In this document: positions 12,801 to 25,902 of the stretch, piece by piece | Layout: each line of letters starts with the position of its first letter | Numbering within the stretch: position 1 is the stretch's first letter | Source: Eledone cirrhosa | Taxonomy: Eukaryota | DNA length: 64,000 bases | NCBI GenBank assembly: GCA_964016885.1 | Contig: OZ024741.1 | Span: forward strand, 336,288,001 to 336,352,000 | Direction of reading: 5' to 3' | The notes under the pieces: generated by a model | Seen by the model: the letters and a program-made list of their open reading frames with translations, nothing else | What the model was told of the DNA's origin: nothing | The model's database searches: none | Program-made: the position numbers and the translations under genes

Positions 12801-14791
12801 ACTGTTTACAGAACAGGTTACTATGATATATATTGTCAGAATTAACATGTTTTGGTAAGGGGCATTACTCTGCTTGTCTTAGTTTAACACTGGAAATATA
12901 ACAGTCAACAATACTCACGTGTTTTGTTTCTTTTTTTAAATTTTATTTGGAATTCTTTTTTTTACCTGTGTTTGTTTTTGTAAGACTAAGAATATTACGA
13001 GCATCGCCATCATAATTATCATCACCCTCACTCATCATCATCATCCTTATTATCATAATTATCACCTTTATCATCCTCATCTACACCATCGTCATCTTTG
13101 TTGTTGTCATTGTCATCACCATCATCACCACCACCACTGTCATCACTGTTACCACCATCATCACCTCTACCAGCATCATCCCCTATATATATCATCATCT
13201 CCTTTTAACGTCGTTTTTCCACGCTGGCATGAGTTAGATGAGTTATCCTGTTGGGAGCAATGTCAGGTTAGGTGGCCATGTCTTGCTCGTACAGAACCAA
13301 TTTTGGCTTGGCTTCTACAGCTGATGCCCTTCCTAGCGCCAACTTCATTTACAATGAGGGCTGGGTGCTTTTTGTTGTGACGCCTACACGACCACTTTAC
13401 AGTGTGGAATGGGTGCTTTTTGTCGTGACACCTACACAACCACTTTACAGTGTGGTCTGGGCGCTTTTTTGCCATGTCACCGTCACGGCCACTCTACAGT
13501 GCGGGCTGGAAGCTTCACTGGATGTATGCTTCAGCCTGTCCTCATGGGAGATGTATGGGGTGGGTGGGGTGGTGTGATGCACATAGGAAGTCTGTCCTTC
13601 TGTAAATTTGTATGCACACACCACACACAGAAATAACCAATAACTAATAATAATCAAGCTATAATGTGTGTTTGCCATGAAAAATCCCCTTGTTGCAAAC
13701 ACGAGGGCTCTAACTGTATGCTGTTCATGTTTAACAGTGGAGAGATGTGCTGACTTGTTTCTTCTATACATATACAATCAACAGAGCAAATGAAAAATCA
13801 TCATCATCATCACCATAATCATTTAACGTCCACTTCCCTTGCTATCAAGAGTTAGATGGGTCTACATAAACTATGTTACTACTAAAGCGGGGCCACTGAC
13901 CTCCCAGATAGGTCGAGGAAGTTGGTATCCCGCTTACGTTCGGTCATATCGAGTGCAGAGGAGAGATTGCTGTGTTTTTTTACACAAACAGAAGGGTTCT
14001 CCACATCCCTTGGCTGGCAAGCTTTCTACAGCTGGATGCCCCTTCCTATCACCAACTACTTTAAAACGGGTGCTTTTTTATTGTGTAGATCTTTCACTGA
14101 TTTAATTTCATTTTTTTGGCTGGTCTCACATCATACAGGGGTAGTGTCTTAAAGAGTTTCGGTGATTATATCAATGTCAAAACATATTTCAATCTATTAT
14201 TTATTATTGATCTTTATTTATTTATTATAAATAAAGTACCAGTAATGCACTGGGATAATTGCTGGCCTTGTGCAAAAAGTAGAAACAATTATTTATTATC
14301 GATCTCTATTTACCAAACTACTATGTTACTGGACAAAAGTAAAAACACACACACAAGCACGCAGACACACACATTCTCCTGAAAGCACACAAACACAAAA
14401 TCATGCCCCCTTCACACACACACACAGACAAAAACACACATACACGCGCACACACAGACGTACACCTGAAAACACACAAACACAAAAATAAGCACTCACA
14501 CACCCACACACACACACACAAACAAAAACACACACCCACACACACAGACGCATGCAATCACACACAAGTACACACACACACTGACTCAAACACACTCACT
14601 CACAGAATATTAATATGTTTCAAATAATATATTTATGCAAATATTATTTTCCAAGAAATTGTCCACCAATTGTCCACTACTGGTAGTGTCTCAGGTGACA
14701 ACAGTGACAGCAATAACACGTTTCTGACAATGTCTGATTTTACTAAGAATTGGTCATATTTAGACCTGAGTTGACTTCCACTATATATATA

Positions 14792-15910
14792 CAAGGTACA
14801 CTTAAAAGGTTTTGAGACTTATCAGAGAGACATTTATTCAACTTTGATCAAAGCTCTAGGTTCCCTCAAAGTAGGATCCTCCAACTTCAATGCACTTATT
14901 GTAGTGCTCCAGCCACTTCTGGAAGGCCCCCTTGTAGTCCTCCACAGTGAAAGTGTCCAGGGTGCTTGTCACAGACTCCTTCATCTCCTCCATTTCCTCA
15001 AAGGGGATAACCCTGAGCTTCTCCTTCAGCTTCGGGAACATCCGGAAGACACATGGGGCTAAGTCTGGACTATAGGGAGGATGACTGATAGTCATGATCC
15101 CCATATCAGCCAAGTAGTTAGTCACCAGGTTGGATTTGTGGTAGGGAGCATTGTCCTGGTTCAGGTGCCACTGAGCAGACTTGATGAGTTCTAGTCTCTG
15201 GCAATAAAAGCTCTTTCTGAACTGCCTCAAAACCTCTACATAGTACTTATTGTTGATTGTTTGGCTATGGGAGACCCAGTGGATGTAGTTGAAACCCTTG
15301 TTGTTGAAGAATGCGATGATCATGAGCTTCCCAGGGGACCTACTTTTCCTGGCCTTCTTGGGTCTTGGGGAGTCTGAATGTTCCCACTGGGCACTCTGTC
15401 TCTTGATCTCTGGGTCATAACAGTAGACCTATCTCTCATCACAGGTTACCAGAGTCTCAAGGACACTTGTATGTGAAGCAATCCACTAGACTATTTCCCT
15501 ACTGTCATCAATGTGACTCTGCCTTTGATCTTCATTGAGCACCCTGGGACAAACTTTGCACATGTTCAGATCATTATGAATGACTCTGTACACAGTGCCC
15601 TCAGCCACTTCAAATTCTTTAATAATCATCAGTAGAGATGCATAACAGTCCTCATCAAGAAATTTGCAAATTTTGTCGACCAGCTTTGGCATCCTGATGT
15701 CCCTTTCCCTGCCACATGCCTCATCATCCCTCACCTGCTCCCTGCCCTCCTGGAACCTCTTGTGCCAGTAGAAAACAGTCGCCTAGCTCATGAAAGTTAG
15801 TTCATAAGCAGTTTTGACCATTTCATAGGTTGCTACAGTGTTTTTACCAAACTTGACATCAAACTTTATTGCATATCGAGCCTCCAAGTTGTCTTCACGT
15901 CACCACAGCA
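14792..15910 (-). mobile_element. Decayed mariner (DD34D-type) transposon
   Basis: HTH fragment (15486-15734) and catalytic fragment WHLNQDNAPYH..HPPYSPDLAPC (14856-15323); one TIR-like end after TA at 14792; stops and frameshifts. Confidence 0.88.
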
Positions 15911-16136
15911 TTGTGGAACCAGTCAGCTGTGACAAGACATGTGTAACAGGTAAATGTTTAAAGTGGTGAAGCAGCCCAAATCTTCAACCTGGAAAAAAAT
16001 ATTTGGCATGTTAGCGTATTATAACCATATCAAGGATGTATTAGAGTGACAAATACATTGGTCAACTAAAAGTGCGCGAAAAGAAAAGAAAAACTATATA
16101 TATATATATGTGTGTATATATATATATATACACACA

Positions 16137-16354
16137 CAGTGTGTTCGCTTTTTACGCAAAGATGCATTCACGAATGCAGCGTGTAAAGCAAAATCATGTA
16201 ATTAAAATATTATTTATTTCTAATGATTAAAAAAAAAAAAAAACACACATGTTATAGTGTGTTATTCGCACAAAGTGAATATTTAATAACATTTTTTCAA
16301 GAAAGCGTTAAAGTGAATTTGCGTACTTCTAGTTCACATGAAAAGCGAAGACTG
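16137..16354. mobile_element. Short Tc1/mariner/pogo-type MITE
   Basis: Imperfect TIRs CAGTGTGTTCGCTTTT / AAAAGCGAAGACTG, right end followed by TA. Confidence 0.5.
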
Positions 16355-16744
16355 TATATATATACACACACACAGAGAAGGATATGTAAAATGATGATGA
16401 TGATTGTGGTAATGCTGATCGTGATGATGATGATGATGATGGTGATGGTGTTGGTGGTGATGATGATGATGATGGCATTGGTCATGCTGTAGCTCTAGAA
16501 GAAGACACCTTCTATCATAGGTATTATGTGGTGTGACAACCAACCCTGACACCTTGTAGTTACAAATGAAACTTCTTAACCACATAACTATGCCAACACA
16601 CACTTTCACACACACCACTACACACTCACATGGACGTTCACAGATATGCATGCATCACCCACACACACACAGATATGTGCACCACATGCATACATACACA
16701 CAGTCATCCACACACACATTTATATATATATATATATATATATA

Positions 16745-16940
16745 GGTAAGTTATTCTGGGTTGAATTGGAGGTAACCACAGTAAGTAAGGTACTCAATAC
16801 ATAACAGAGTATAAAAGTTTTAATATAGATGAGATTCTACAGGACTAGAACTGTTTCATTCTTTAGAAATCATCGGGAATCTCATCAGGATTCCTGATGA
16901 TTTCTAAAGAATGAAACAGTTCTGGTCCTGTAGAATCTCA

Positions 16941-16943
<3 letters not shown>
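16745..16943. mobile_element. PLE-type fold-back terminal fragment with one-sided tail
   Basis: Inverted arms 16827-16881 / 16889-16943; unique tail 16745-16826 next to (TA)n. Confidence 0.8.
16888..16938 (+). ncRNA. Type I hammerhead ribozyme
   Basis: GGATTC-CTGATGA-tTTCtaaaGAAt-GAAA-CAG ttctggtc CTG-TA-GAATCT: stems I, II, III and a GUA cleavage triplet are all present. Confidence 0.8.
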
Positions 16944-16989
<46 letters not shown>

Positions 16990-17185
16990 GAAAAGATTCA
17001 GTCCTCGACGGCTGAGCTCCAGCTGTTGCAACAGCTGGAGCCGAACAGCTAGATCTGGATCTAGCTGTTGAAACGGCCGGAGTTCAGCCGTCGGGGTCCT
17101 GACTCTTTTCATATTACCCACTCTACTACCCTAAATATCGAATACTCTGATGCATTATGGTCCACCTGGTATCTTACCACACCCT
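16990..17185 (+). mobile_element. Fold-back element centred on a hammerhead stem II, with tail
   Basis: Arms GAAAAGATTCAG..GACGGCTGA / TCAGCCGTC..CTGACTCTTTTC; 3' half ribozyme GAAA-CGGC..GCCG-TC; same family as 24743-24925. Confidence 0.7.
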
Positions 17186-17218
17186 CTTTATTACATACAT
17201 ACATACATACATACATAA

Positions 17219-17825
17219 ATGGTGGCTGCCAACTCGTTTTCGAGTATGGCCACTACTTTATATCCATGTAGGAGAACCCCTACCGATGCGCTGAACGAGT
17301 GTGACTTTTTAGTCCAGCCAGCGACTTGAAAACTCTGGTACAAACACTACACTTGTGACAATTATTGACACATAGTGCTGGGCCCATGGTACCATGTGAC
17401 GACAAGTGCAGAGAGATCTCCAGATATAAAGCAATGCCTGTGCCGTGAAGCTTTTATAGTGAGCAAAGGCACTGCACAAAGCCAGTCCCACTCTCTTAAC
17501 CAAGATGATATTTACCAAAAAGAAGAACAAGTCAACATCATTGGATACCATCAGAGTTGCAGGTGTTATATCAGAGTTTTCCTTCTCCTAGAATTCTGCC
17601 TTGACAAAGGCTAAGGGGTCATCTCTCTCGGTGATTTTGGATGGCCATTGACTCTTAAGAGCTTCTTTGCCCTTTGACAGGTTTTGTTTTTAGTCCTGCA
17701 GGATGTCCAAAGTCACCCTCCTCACCAAGAAACCTTGGTGGGGTTGCCAGTTTAGTCACCAATGACCCGACCATGAGACAGGTTGTACTGGGATACATGT
17801 TACCAGTAGCACCAACTGGTGACAT
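17219..17825 (-). mobile_element. Non-autonomous repeat, probably RTE 5' UTR fused to an RTE-like 3' tail
   Basis: Homologous to 25265-25885; both are flanked by (TACA)n; the end ACTCGAAAACGAG..CAGCCACCAT resembles the RTE 3' end at 25905. Confidence 0.55.
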
Positions 17826-18195
17826 ACATACATACATACATACATACATACATACATACATACATACATACATACATACATACAGTGGAAGCTGGGTTCA
17901 TGAATTTCATTCTTTCCTGAAAGCCATTTATCATCAGATATATTCATAAACCAAAACTATTTTCCCCATAAAAAATTTTGAGAGAGAAATACAGTGAAAG
18001 AGAGACTATGTGTGAAAGACACCATAGTAACTAACTACGCAGTAAGTGAGGCTTTCCTGCCCATACTCCTGCCCATACTCCCAACAGTTGTTGCTGGCTT
18101 GCGTATTCATTACTCAAGATAACCATTCGTCAACGGAAACATTTTTCTCATCAACCGATTTCTTTGTGATGAGAGGTGTTTGTGAACTGATGTCC

Positions 18196-18245
<50 letters not shown>

Positions 18246-18981
18246 GGCAGAAGCACTAAGACAGCATTTAGCCACACACACACACAGACACTCATACACA
18301 CCCATGCACAGTTGTGCCTGCATTCACGCACGCACAAACGTGTATGCATGCCCACACACAAGCATGCATGCATACTCACACACATAAACATATATATTGC
18401 ATTTGTATGTTTATATATGTGGGTGTGTAGCGAGAAGCAGTACAATTTAACCAGAACTACCCTGCTGTATTAATGTCTATCTGAGTTATCTCCCTTTGCA
18501 CCCAGCCTCATGTTTCTATTCTATATCTTAAGATAATACTAAAATAATTAAGTGGTAGGTTTTGATATAATCAACTAAAACTTCCTAGGCAGTGCCCGGG
18601 TATGGCCTTACATGTACAACTCAAAGCTGTTTATTTTAAACTATATATATTCATTTGAGGTTTATGAACAAAAAGAGTTAAGGGAAAGATTTCTTTGTGA
18701 TGAGAGGCATTTATGAACTGAGCCTCCACTGTGTATATATAATTGGCAGAGGCTCTAAGACATAATAGAGGTGTAAATGAAATCATATATAAACATATAC
18801 GTTTATATATAATAAACATATGATTAGCCATGCTGTTGAAGAAGAAAATGTTTACGTAATGAAAAAAAAAATTTTTTATTTATTAATATATATATATATG
18901 ATCTGAGTTCAAATCTCGCCGAGGTTAACTTTGCCTTTCATCCTTCCAGGGTCGATAGAATAAAGTACCAGTAATGCATTG

Positions 18982-19023
<42 letters not shown>

Positions 19024-19934
19024 TATATATATATTAATTGTTTCGTTTCTACTTTTGGCACAAGGCCAGCAATTACCCAATGCATTACTGGTACTTTATT
19101 CTATCGACCCCGATATATATGTGTGTGTGTGTACTTATAATTCAAAAGGCGAGCTTTGTTACACACTGCGTCATGCTGAATCTGCCTGAAAATTTCCTTA
19201 AGGGGAATATGTATCTGCTGAATGTTCAGTCATGGGCAGGCTGTTCTAGTGATCAAACTACTGAAATACTCATTTTTTAAATGAATAGTGATCCATTCCA
19301 TGTCTTAAAACATTTCAGTACAATATGCCCCCCCCCCCCCCCCCACACACACACACAAAAAAGAAAAAAGAAAATAATCAGCTTTTTTAATGGTTTAAAT
19401 TCCTATTCAAATTCTCGACTGAACTCTCATTATTACATTGGTAAAAGGTGGTGGATTAGCTGTAATTGGTTAAATGTATTTTGTGGCATATAGTTATGGC
19501 CCTTTATGTTCTGAGTTCAAATTTTTGAGAAACTGAAACTTTGTACCAAAGAAAAGAGTGCTTGAAGAAAGGACCATGCAGTAACACCGGAGGAGAACAT
19601 CTTCAAATTCAGTTGCTGTATACAAGATTACCACTCATATGTGGACCTGTACAATCACGACTGACACAATTTTCTCCAGCTGCAGTTCCATGGCCTTTCA
19701 AGACCAACCAATGTAAATAATAATTGTATTTAAAATATGGCGACAAATGTTTTAAATTAAAAGTTTTAATTCTCAATTAGTTTGAAAATTAAAACACAAA
19801 GGCAGTATAATCATAAATATACTCATGTATAAATAAGTATACTCATATAGATATACTCATGTATATATAAGTATACTCATATAGATATACTCATGTATAT
19901 ATAAGTGTACTCATGTCAATCATCATCATCATCA

Positions 19935-20685
19935 TCATATGTCCGCTTTTTCTTGCTTGCAAGGGGGGCACTGGTCTTCTTCAGCACAGCATCTCTCCAT
20001 TCATCACATTCCTTCGTCATCTTCTCTGTGAGCTTAGGCCATCAGCTCTCACCACCTCCGCCCATGTTTTTCATGGTCTTTCTCTACTGTGTTTTCCTTC
20101 CACCAGGATTTCTTGGCACATCTTCACCCAGTAGTCATCTTCCATGCTCATCACATGGTCATACCAATGCAGTCTTCTCTCCCGCACATTACAGCTTATT
20201 CCTCTTATACACAATTTCACTCTCAACTAGTCTAAGCTTGGTCGTTCACGTACATTGACATTGCACATCCATCGAAGCATGTTTGCTTCATTTCTCTCCA
20301 GCTGTCGCATATCTTCCACAGTTGCTGCTCATGTCTCACTATTTTGCAGCATCACGCATCTCACACAGGTATCATATAACTGGCCTTTCATTCATAGGGA
20401 GAAACCCTTCTTTGTCAACAGAGGGAGCAGCTCCCTAAACTGCTTCCAACCCGTCCTTATTCTAGATACTATAGCCTCAGAGCACACTCCTCCCTTGCTA
20501 ATCAGATCACCTAGGTATTGGAAGCTATCAACCACCTCTATAGATCCAACCTGCATTTGAAAAATGTATCTATCACTGCCACTTCTACTGTCAAATTTCC
20601 CTGAACATCTACTGCATATGTAGCTTTCCCTTCCTGTTAGTTTGCCTGCTATCCCACTACACCTCTTGTGTACCCAAGATATGCA
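19935..20685 (-). mobile_element. RTE LINE 3' fragment
   Basis: FQYLGD, KGQLYDTCVR, LERNEANML motifs; (GAT)n tail. Confidence 0.8.
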
Positions 20686-20732
20686 TTAATATACTCATGT
20701 ATATATATACGTATATTCATTGAGATATACTC

Positions 20733-20763
<31 letters not shown>

Positions 20764-20847
20764 GTCATTTTAAGTATATATATAAGTATACTCATGCAGT
20801 TCCATGGCCTTCCAAGACCAACCAATGCCAATAATAATTGTATTTAA

Positions 20848-21180
20848 CTCTTTAGCATTTAAACCAGCTGTATCCGGCCTGAATTCTCTCACCTCTTTCT
20901 GTTCAAACTGGCTGTAACTGGCCACTCATACTGATGTTAAGGTATTGTTTGCAAAATAAATAATTGTTTCTACATTTGGCACAAGGCCAGCAATTACCCA
21001 GTACATTACTGGTACTTTATTTTATCGACCCCATAAGGATGAAAGGCAAAGTTAACCTCGGCGGGATTTGAACTGAGATCATTCTCATAGATTTGACATT
21101 ATGTGAGATATTATCTGAGGTAAAGCCTTTACCTTGAAAATACAATAGTATATATATAGAGCAATGTAAATGCTAAAGGG
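20848..21180. mobile_element. piggyBac-like TTAA MITE with a nested SINE (20962-21080)
   Basis: TTAA-CTCTTTAGCATTTA ... TAAATGCTAAAGGG-TTAA; empty-site paralogue at ~19730; related copy at ~2241-2415. Confidence 0.8.
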
Positions 21181-21794
21181 TTAAAATATGGTAAGAAATG
21201 TTTTATATTTAAAATATCGTGACAAATGTTTTAAATTAAAAGTTTTAATTCTCAATTAGTTTGAAAATCAAAACACAAAGACAGTATACTCATTAATATG
21301 CTCATATATATATAAGTATACTCATATAGATATAATAATAATGAAAATATTGTGTACAGTGCTCAGGTGCACTACAACTCATCAATATACTCATGTATAT
21401 ATAAGTATATTCATATAAATATATTCATGTATATATGCATGTACTCATATAGATATAGTTCTGTATATATAAGTAAACTCATAGAGATATGCTCATCTCT
21501 CTATAAGTATACTCATGTAAATATACTCTTATATATAAGTATACTCATGTTAAAAATATATTCACCGATGGGTCGTTTGTTACATTTTTACTTCTAGGTT
21601 TTCTATATTTGGAATACGTTTTTGTTACCTTCAATGTCCTCCCGCCGACTATATATATATATATACATACAAAATTAAGATAAATCAAATGAATTTAATC
21701 TAAATCAAAATTATGGGTGTCATGCCAGAAAGACATGTGCCATATCACCCGCAAAATAAGCTCTAAGATTCTAACGAGTAGGTCCGAGCATTTT

Positions 21795-22001
21795 ATAATA
21801 ACTAGAAATTGATTAACATATAAATAAACATGAATAATCACAGGAGATAATTTTTACAAGTGTGTAACCACACATAGCTAGGTAGGTAACTAAATAAATA
21901 ATTTAGTTACCTACCTAGCTATGTGTGGTTACACACTTGTAAAAATTATCTCCTGTGATTATTCATGTTTATTTATATGTTAATCAATTTCTAGTTATTA
22001 T
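21795..22001. repeat. Essentially perfect ~100-bp-arm palindrome with a one-sided tail (21670-21794), in (TA)n
   Basis: TATAATAACTAGAAATTG..GGTAACTAAA taaataa TTTAGTTACC..CAATTTCTAGTTATTATA. Confidence 0.9.
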
Positions 22002-22199
22002 ATATATATATATCATCATCACCATTTAATGTCCATTTTTTTATGCAAGCATGGGTGCGACAAGTTGTTCCATTTGGGATAAGTCAAATCAACTGACCAT
22101 GTCTTGCTCATACAGAATTTTTCTGTCTTGGTTTTTAAAGCTGGATACCCTTCCTCTTGCCAACCACATTTATAGCGTGAACAATATATATATATATAT

Positions 22200-23215
22200 A
22201 CAGTAGCTAGAGTCAGAACTGGATGGAAAAAGTTCAGAGAGCTTATACCACTATTAGCCGCTAAAGGGTTCTCCCTAAAAATGAAAGGCAGGTTATATGA
22301 TGCCTGCATACGAACAGCAATGTTGCATGGCAGTGAGACCTGGGCATTGTGTGCAGAGGATATATGCAGACTAGAGAGGAACGAAGCTTGCATGCTCCAC
22401 TGGATGTGTAATAGTAATATACGGGAACGGCAAAGCATAAACGAACTAAGGAAAAAATTAGAAATAAGAGTGATGAGATGTTGTTTGCTCGAGAGAAGGC
22501 TACGTTGGTATGGTCACGTGATGCGCATGAAAGACGATAGCTGTATAACAAAGTGCAGGGCAATAAAGATAGACGGTAGCCACAGAATAGGCAGACCCAG
22601 AAAACCCTGGGACGAGCTGATAAATTCCGACCTCACACACTTACACCTCTCCAAGACAATGTCACTGGACCGAGACCTTTGGCGGTACTCAGTAATAGAG
22701 AAGACCCGCCTTACCTAAATACAAAGTAAAACCTACTAGAGTCAGTAGGCATCTCTAACAAAATACACCCCCCCCCCACCCCATCCACACCGCCCCTTTC
22801 AATGTAAAGTTATGTTGGTGCCACAACATCCAGGCCGAAACAAATGAGATCGTGTAGGTGTCACGACAAAAAAAACACACAGTCCACGCTCTAATGTGGC
22901 CGTGTAGGCAACACGGTAAAAACCTCCCAGCCCCACACTGTAAATGTGGTTGGTGTTAGGAAGGGCATCCAGCTGTAGAAAACCCGCCAGACAGTCCACG
23001 CTGTAATGTGGCCATGTAGGCAACACGGTAAAAACCTCCCAGCCCCACACTGTAAATGTGGTTGGTGTTAGGAAGGGCATCCAGCTGTAGAAAACCCGCC
23101 AGACAGTCCTATGCGAGCAAGACAATCACTCTTGCCTCAAGTGGGAAAACCCCCGTCCAAACCCATGCAAGCGTGGAACACGGACGTTAAACGTTGATGA
23201 TGATGATGATGATGA
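22200..23215 (+). mobile_element. RTE LINE 3' fragment with 3' UTR
   Basis: ORF 22281-22718 (KGRLYDACIRTAMLHGSETW, RLRWYGHV); (GAT)n tail; ~91-bp internal duplication in the UTR. Confidence 0.88.
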
Positions 23216-23224
23216 TATATATAT

Positions 23225-24072
23225 ATATATATGTATCATCATCATCATCATTGTTTAACATCCATCTTCCACGCTAGCATGGGTTAGACGGGAATTCTCC
23301 CACTTGAGGCAAGGTTGGTCGGGTGACCGTGTTGCGCTCATATAGGACTATCTGGCAGGTTTTCTATGGCTGGATGCCCTTCCTAACACCAACCACATTT
23401 ACAGTGTGGAAGCGGGAGCTTTTACCATGTTACCTACATGGCCACATTACAGTGTGGCCTATGTGTTTTTTGTCATGACACCTACACAACCTGATTAGTT
23501 TCGACTGGATGTTGTGGTACCAACATAACTTTACAGAGAAATGATGGTGTTGGTGGGATTGGGAGGATGGAGTAGGGGTAGTGGGTTGGGGTGTATATTT
23601 GGTTAAGAGGTGCCTACTGACTGTGGGTTTAACTTTGCACATAGGCAAGGCAGATCTTCTGTATTACTGTGTGGCGCCAAAGATCTCAGTCCAGTGACAT
23701 TGTCTTAAAGAGGTGCAAGTGTGTAAGGTCAGAATTTATCAAATCGTCCCAGGTTTTACTGGGTCTACCTACTCCGTAACTTCCATCAATTTTGATCACC
23801 ATACACTTTTTTATACAGCTGTTGTCTTTCATGCGCATCACGTGACCATACCAATGTAGTCTTCTCTCAAGTAAACAGCATCTAATCCCTCTTATTTCTA
23901 ATTGCTCACTTAGTTCATTTATGTTTTGTCGTTCACGTATATTGCATGCTTCGTTCCTTTCCAGTCTGCGCAGGTCCTCTGCACACAATGCCCATGTCTC
24001 ACAGCCATGTAACATTGCTGTTCGTATACAGCCATCATACAATCTGCCTTTCATTTTTAGAGAGAAACCTTT
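23225..24072 (-). mobile_element. RTE LINE 3' fragment, tail-to-tail with the previous copy
   Basis: ORF 23686-24054 is homologous to 22281-22718. Confidence 0.88.
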
Positions 24073-24742
24073 ATGTATATATATATATATATATCATCAT
24101 CATCACCGTTTTATGTCCGTTCTTCCATGCTAGCATGGGTTAGACGGCTTGTCCTGTTGTGGGCATATATATGTATATATATATATATATGTGTATATAT
24201 ATGTGTGTATATGTATATGTGTTGTTTCCTTGAACAAGACACTTTATTTCACATTGCTCCAGTTTACTCAGCTGTAGAAATGAGATGATAGGGACTGGGG
24301 TCCATATCATTCCACTGCAAAATGGTCGTGGAGGTGCCATGGCAAAAAAGCACCCAGCCCACACTGTAAATGAGGTTGGTGTTAGGAAGGGCATCCAGCT
24401 GTAGAAATCAAGCCAGAATCAGTTCCCGTCCCACCCTTGCAAGTAAGGAAAAGCGGACATAAAATGATGATGATGATGATGATGATATATATATGTACGT
24501 CAATACTCATCTTTTTCCATTTCTCCGAGGGTTCTTAACCCCACTATCAGGCTAAATAATTTTCTTTAATTTCTTCAGTCAAAATACGGCAATAGCTTAC
24601 ATTTATAATTTCTAACTCGTTCGCTGTTTCTAAAATATTCTTACTTGATATGTATATATATAGGCGGTGCCCCAGCATGGCCTCAGCCGGATGGCTGAAA
24701 CAGGTAATAGAGTAAAAGACTAATATATATATATATATAGAA

Positions 24743-24925
24743 ACGAGTAGGACCCCGACAGCTGAGCTCAAGTCGTTTCGACGGCTAATTCGAATTAGCC
24801 GTCGAAACTGCTTGACCTCAGCCGTCGGTGTCCTACTCGTTCCTATTACCCATTCTACTACCCTAAGTATTGAGTACTTTGGTGTGTTATGGTCCATCTG
24901 GTTCCTTACCACATTTCCTTCGTTA
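24743..24925 (+). mobile_element. Fold-back element centred on a hammerhead stem II, with tail
   Basis: AACGAGTAGGAC..TTTCGACGGCTAAT tcga ATTAGCCGTCGAAA..GTCCTACTCGTT followed by a tail homologous to 17110-17185; flanked by (TA)n. Confidence 0.75.
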
Positions 24926-25264
24926 TATATATATATATATATATATCATAATCATCATCATCATTGTTGTACGTCTATTTTTCCATGCTAGCATGGGTAT
25001 ATATATATATATATATATGTATTTGTACTGACAAAGACGGTGAGATGGATCTATAATATTAAGACTAATAATATGAAGTTACATAACAACTATTGATTAG
25101 TCCCTATATTGATTTATTGTGATCAATCAACCTTCTGAAATAATCATAATACAATGAACTAATTAACTGCTAAACTTCACCTTTTGTTTACTTTGTTCAA
25201 CATATACATACATTTATACATACATATATACATACATATAGACATATATACTTACATACATACA

Positions 25265-25885
25265 TGATGATGGCTGCCTCCTCATTATCGAGTATGGTCA
25301 TTGCACGGTATAACATTATTAATAATTATCAATTAATGCCATTGTACAATGCCTGTGCATGAAGATTTTTTTTAAAGTGAGGAAAGAGTGTGCACTGAGC
25401 CAATCCCACTCTCTGAGTGACAGTAGTTATAACCCGAAAAGAAGAAAAGATCAACATCATCGATAATTACTGAGCCACAGGTTTTATGTCAGAGTTATCC
25501 CAGTTTCCTGAGTTACCTTCTCCTAGAAGAATGCCCTGACAAACGCTAGGGGTCTTTCACTCCCAGTGGTTTAACCGTGCGATTTGGTATCCAGCCCTAT
25601 TATTTCTATGTCCCCGTGTATATACATACACATACATATATATACATATATACATATACACATATATACATATGTATATACATATTTACACATTTTTGGA
25701 TGGCCGTTGACTCACGAGTTCTTCTGCCCTTTGTCAGGTTTTGTTTTTTGTCCTGCATTGTGTCCAAAATCACCCTCCTCACCAAGTGAACTTGGTGGGT
25801 TTGCCGGTTTAGTCCCCGACGACCCGACCAAGCAACAGGTTGTACTAGGTTACATGTTACCAGTAGCACTCAAGAGACCCGACAT
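25265..25885 (-). mobile_element. Second copy of the bipartite RTE-related repeat
   Basis: Colinear similarity with 17219-17825. Confidence 0.55.
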
Positions 25886-25902
25886 AACATACATACACAC
25901 AC

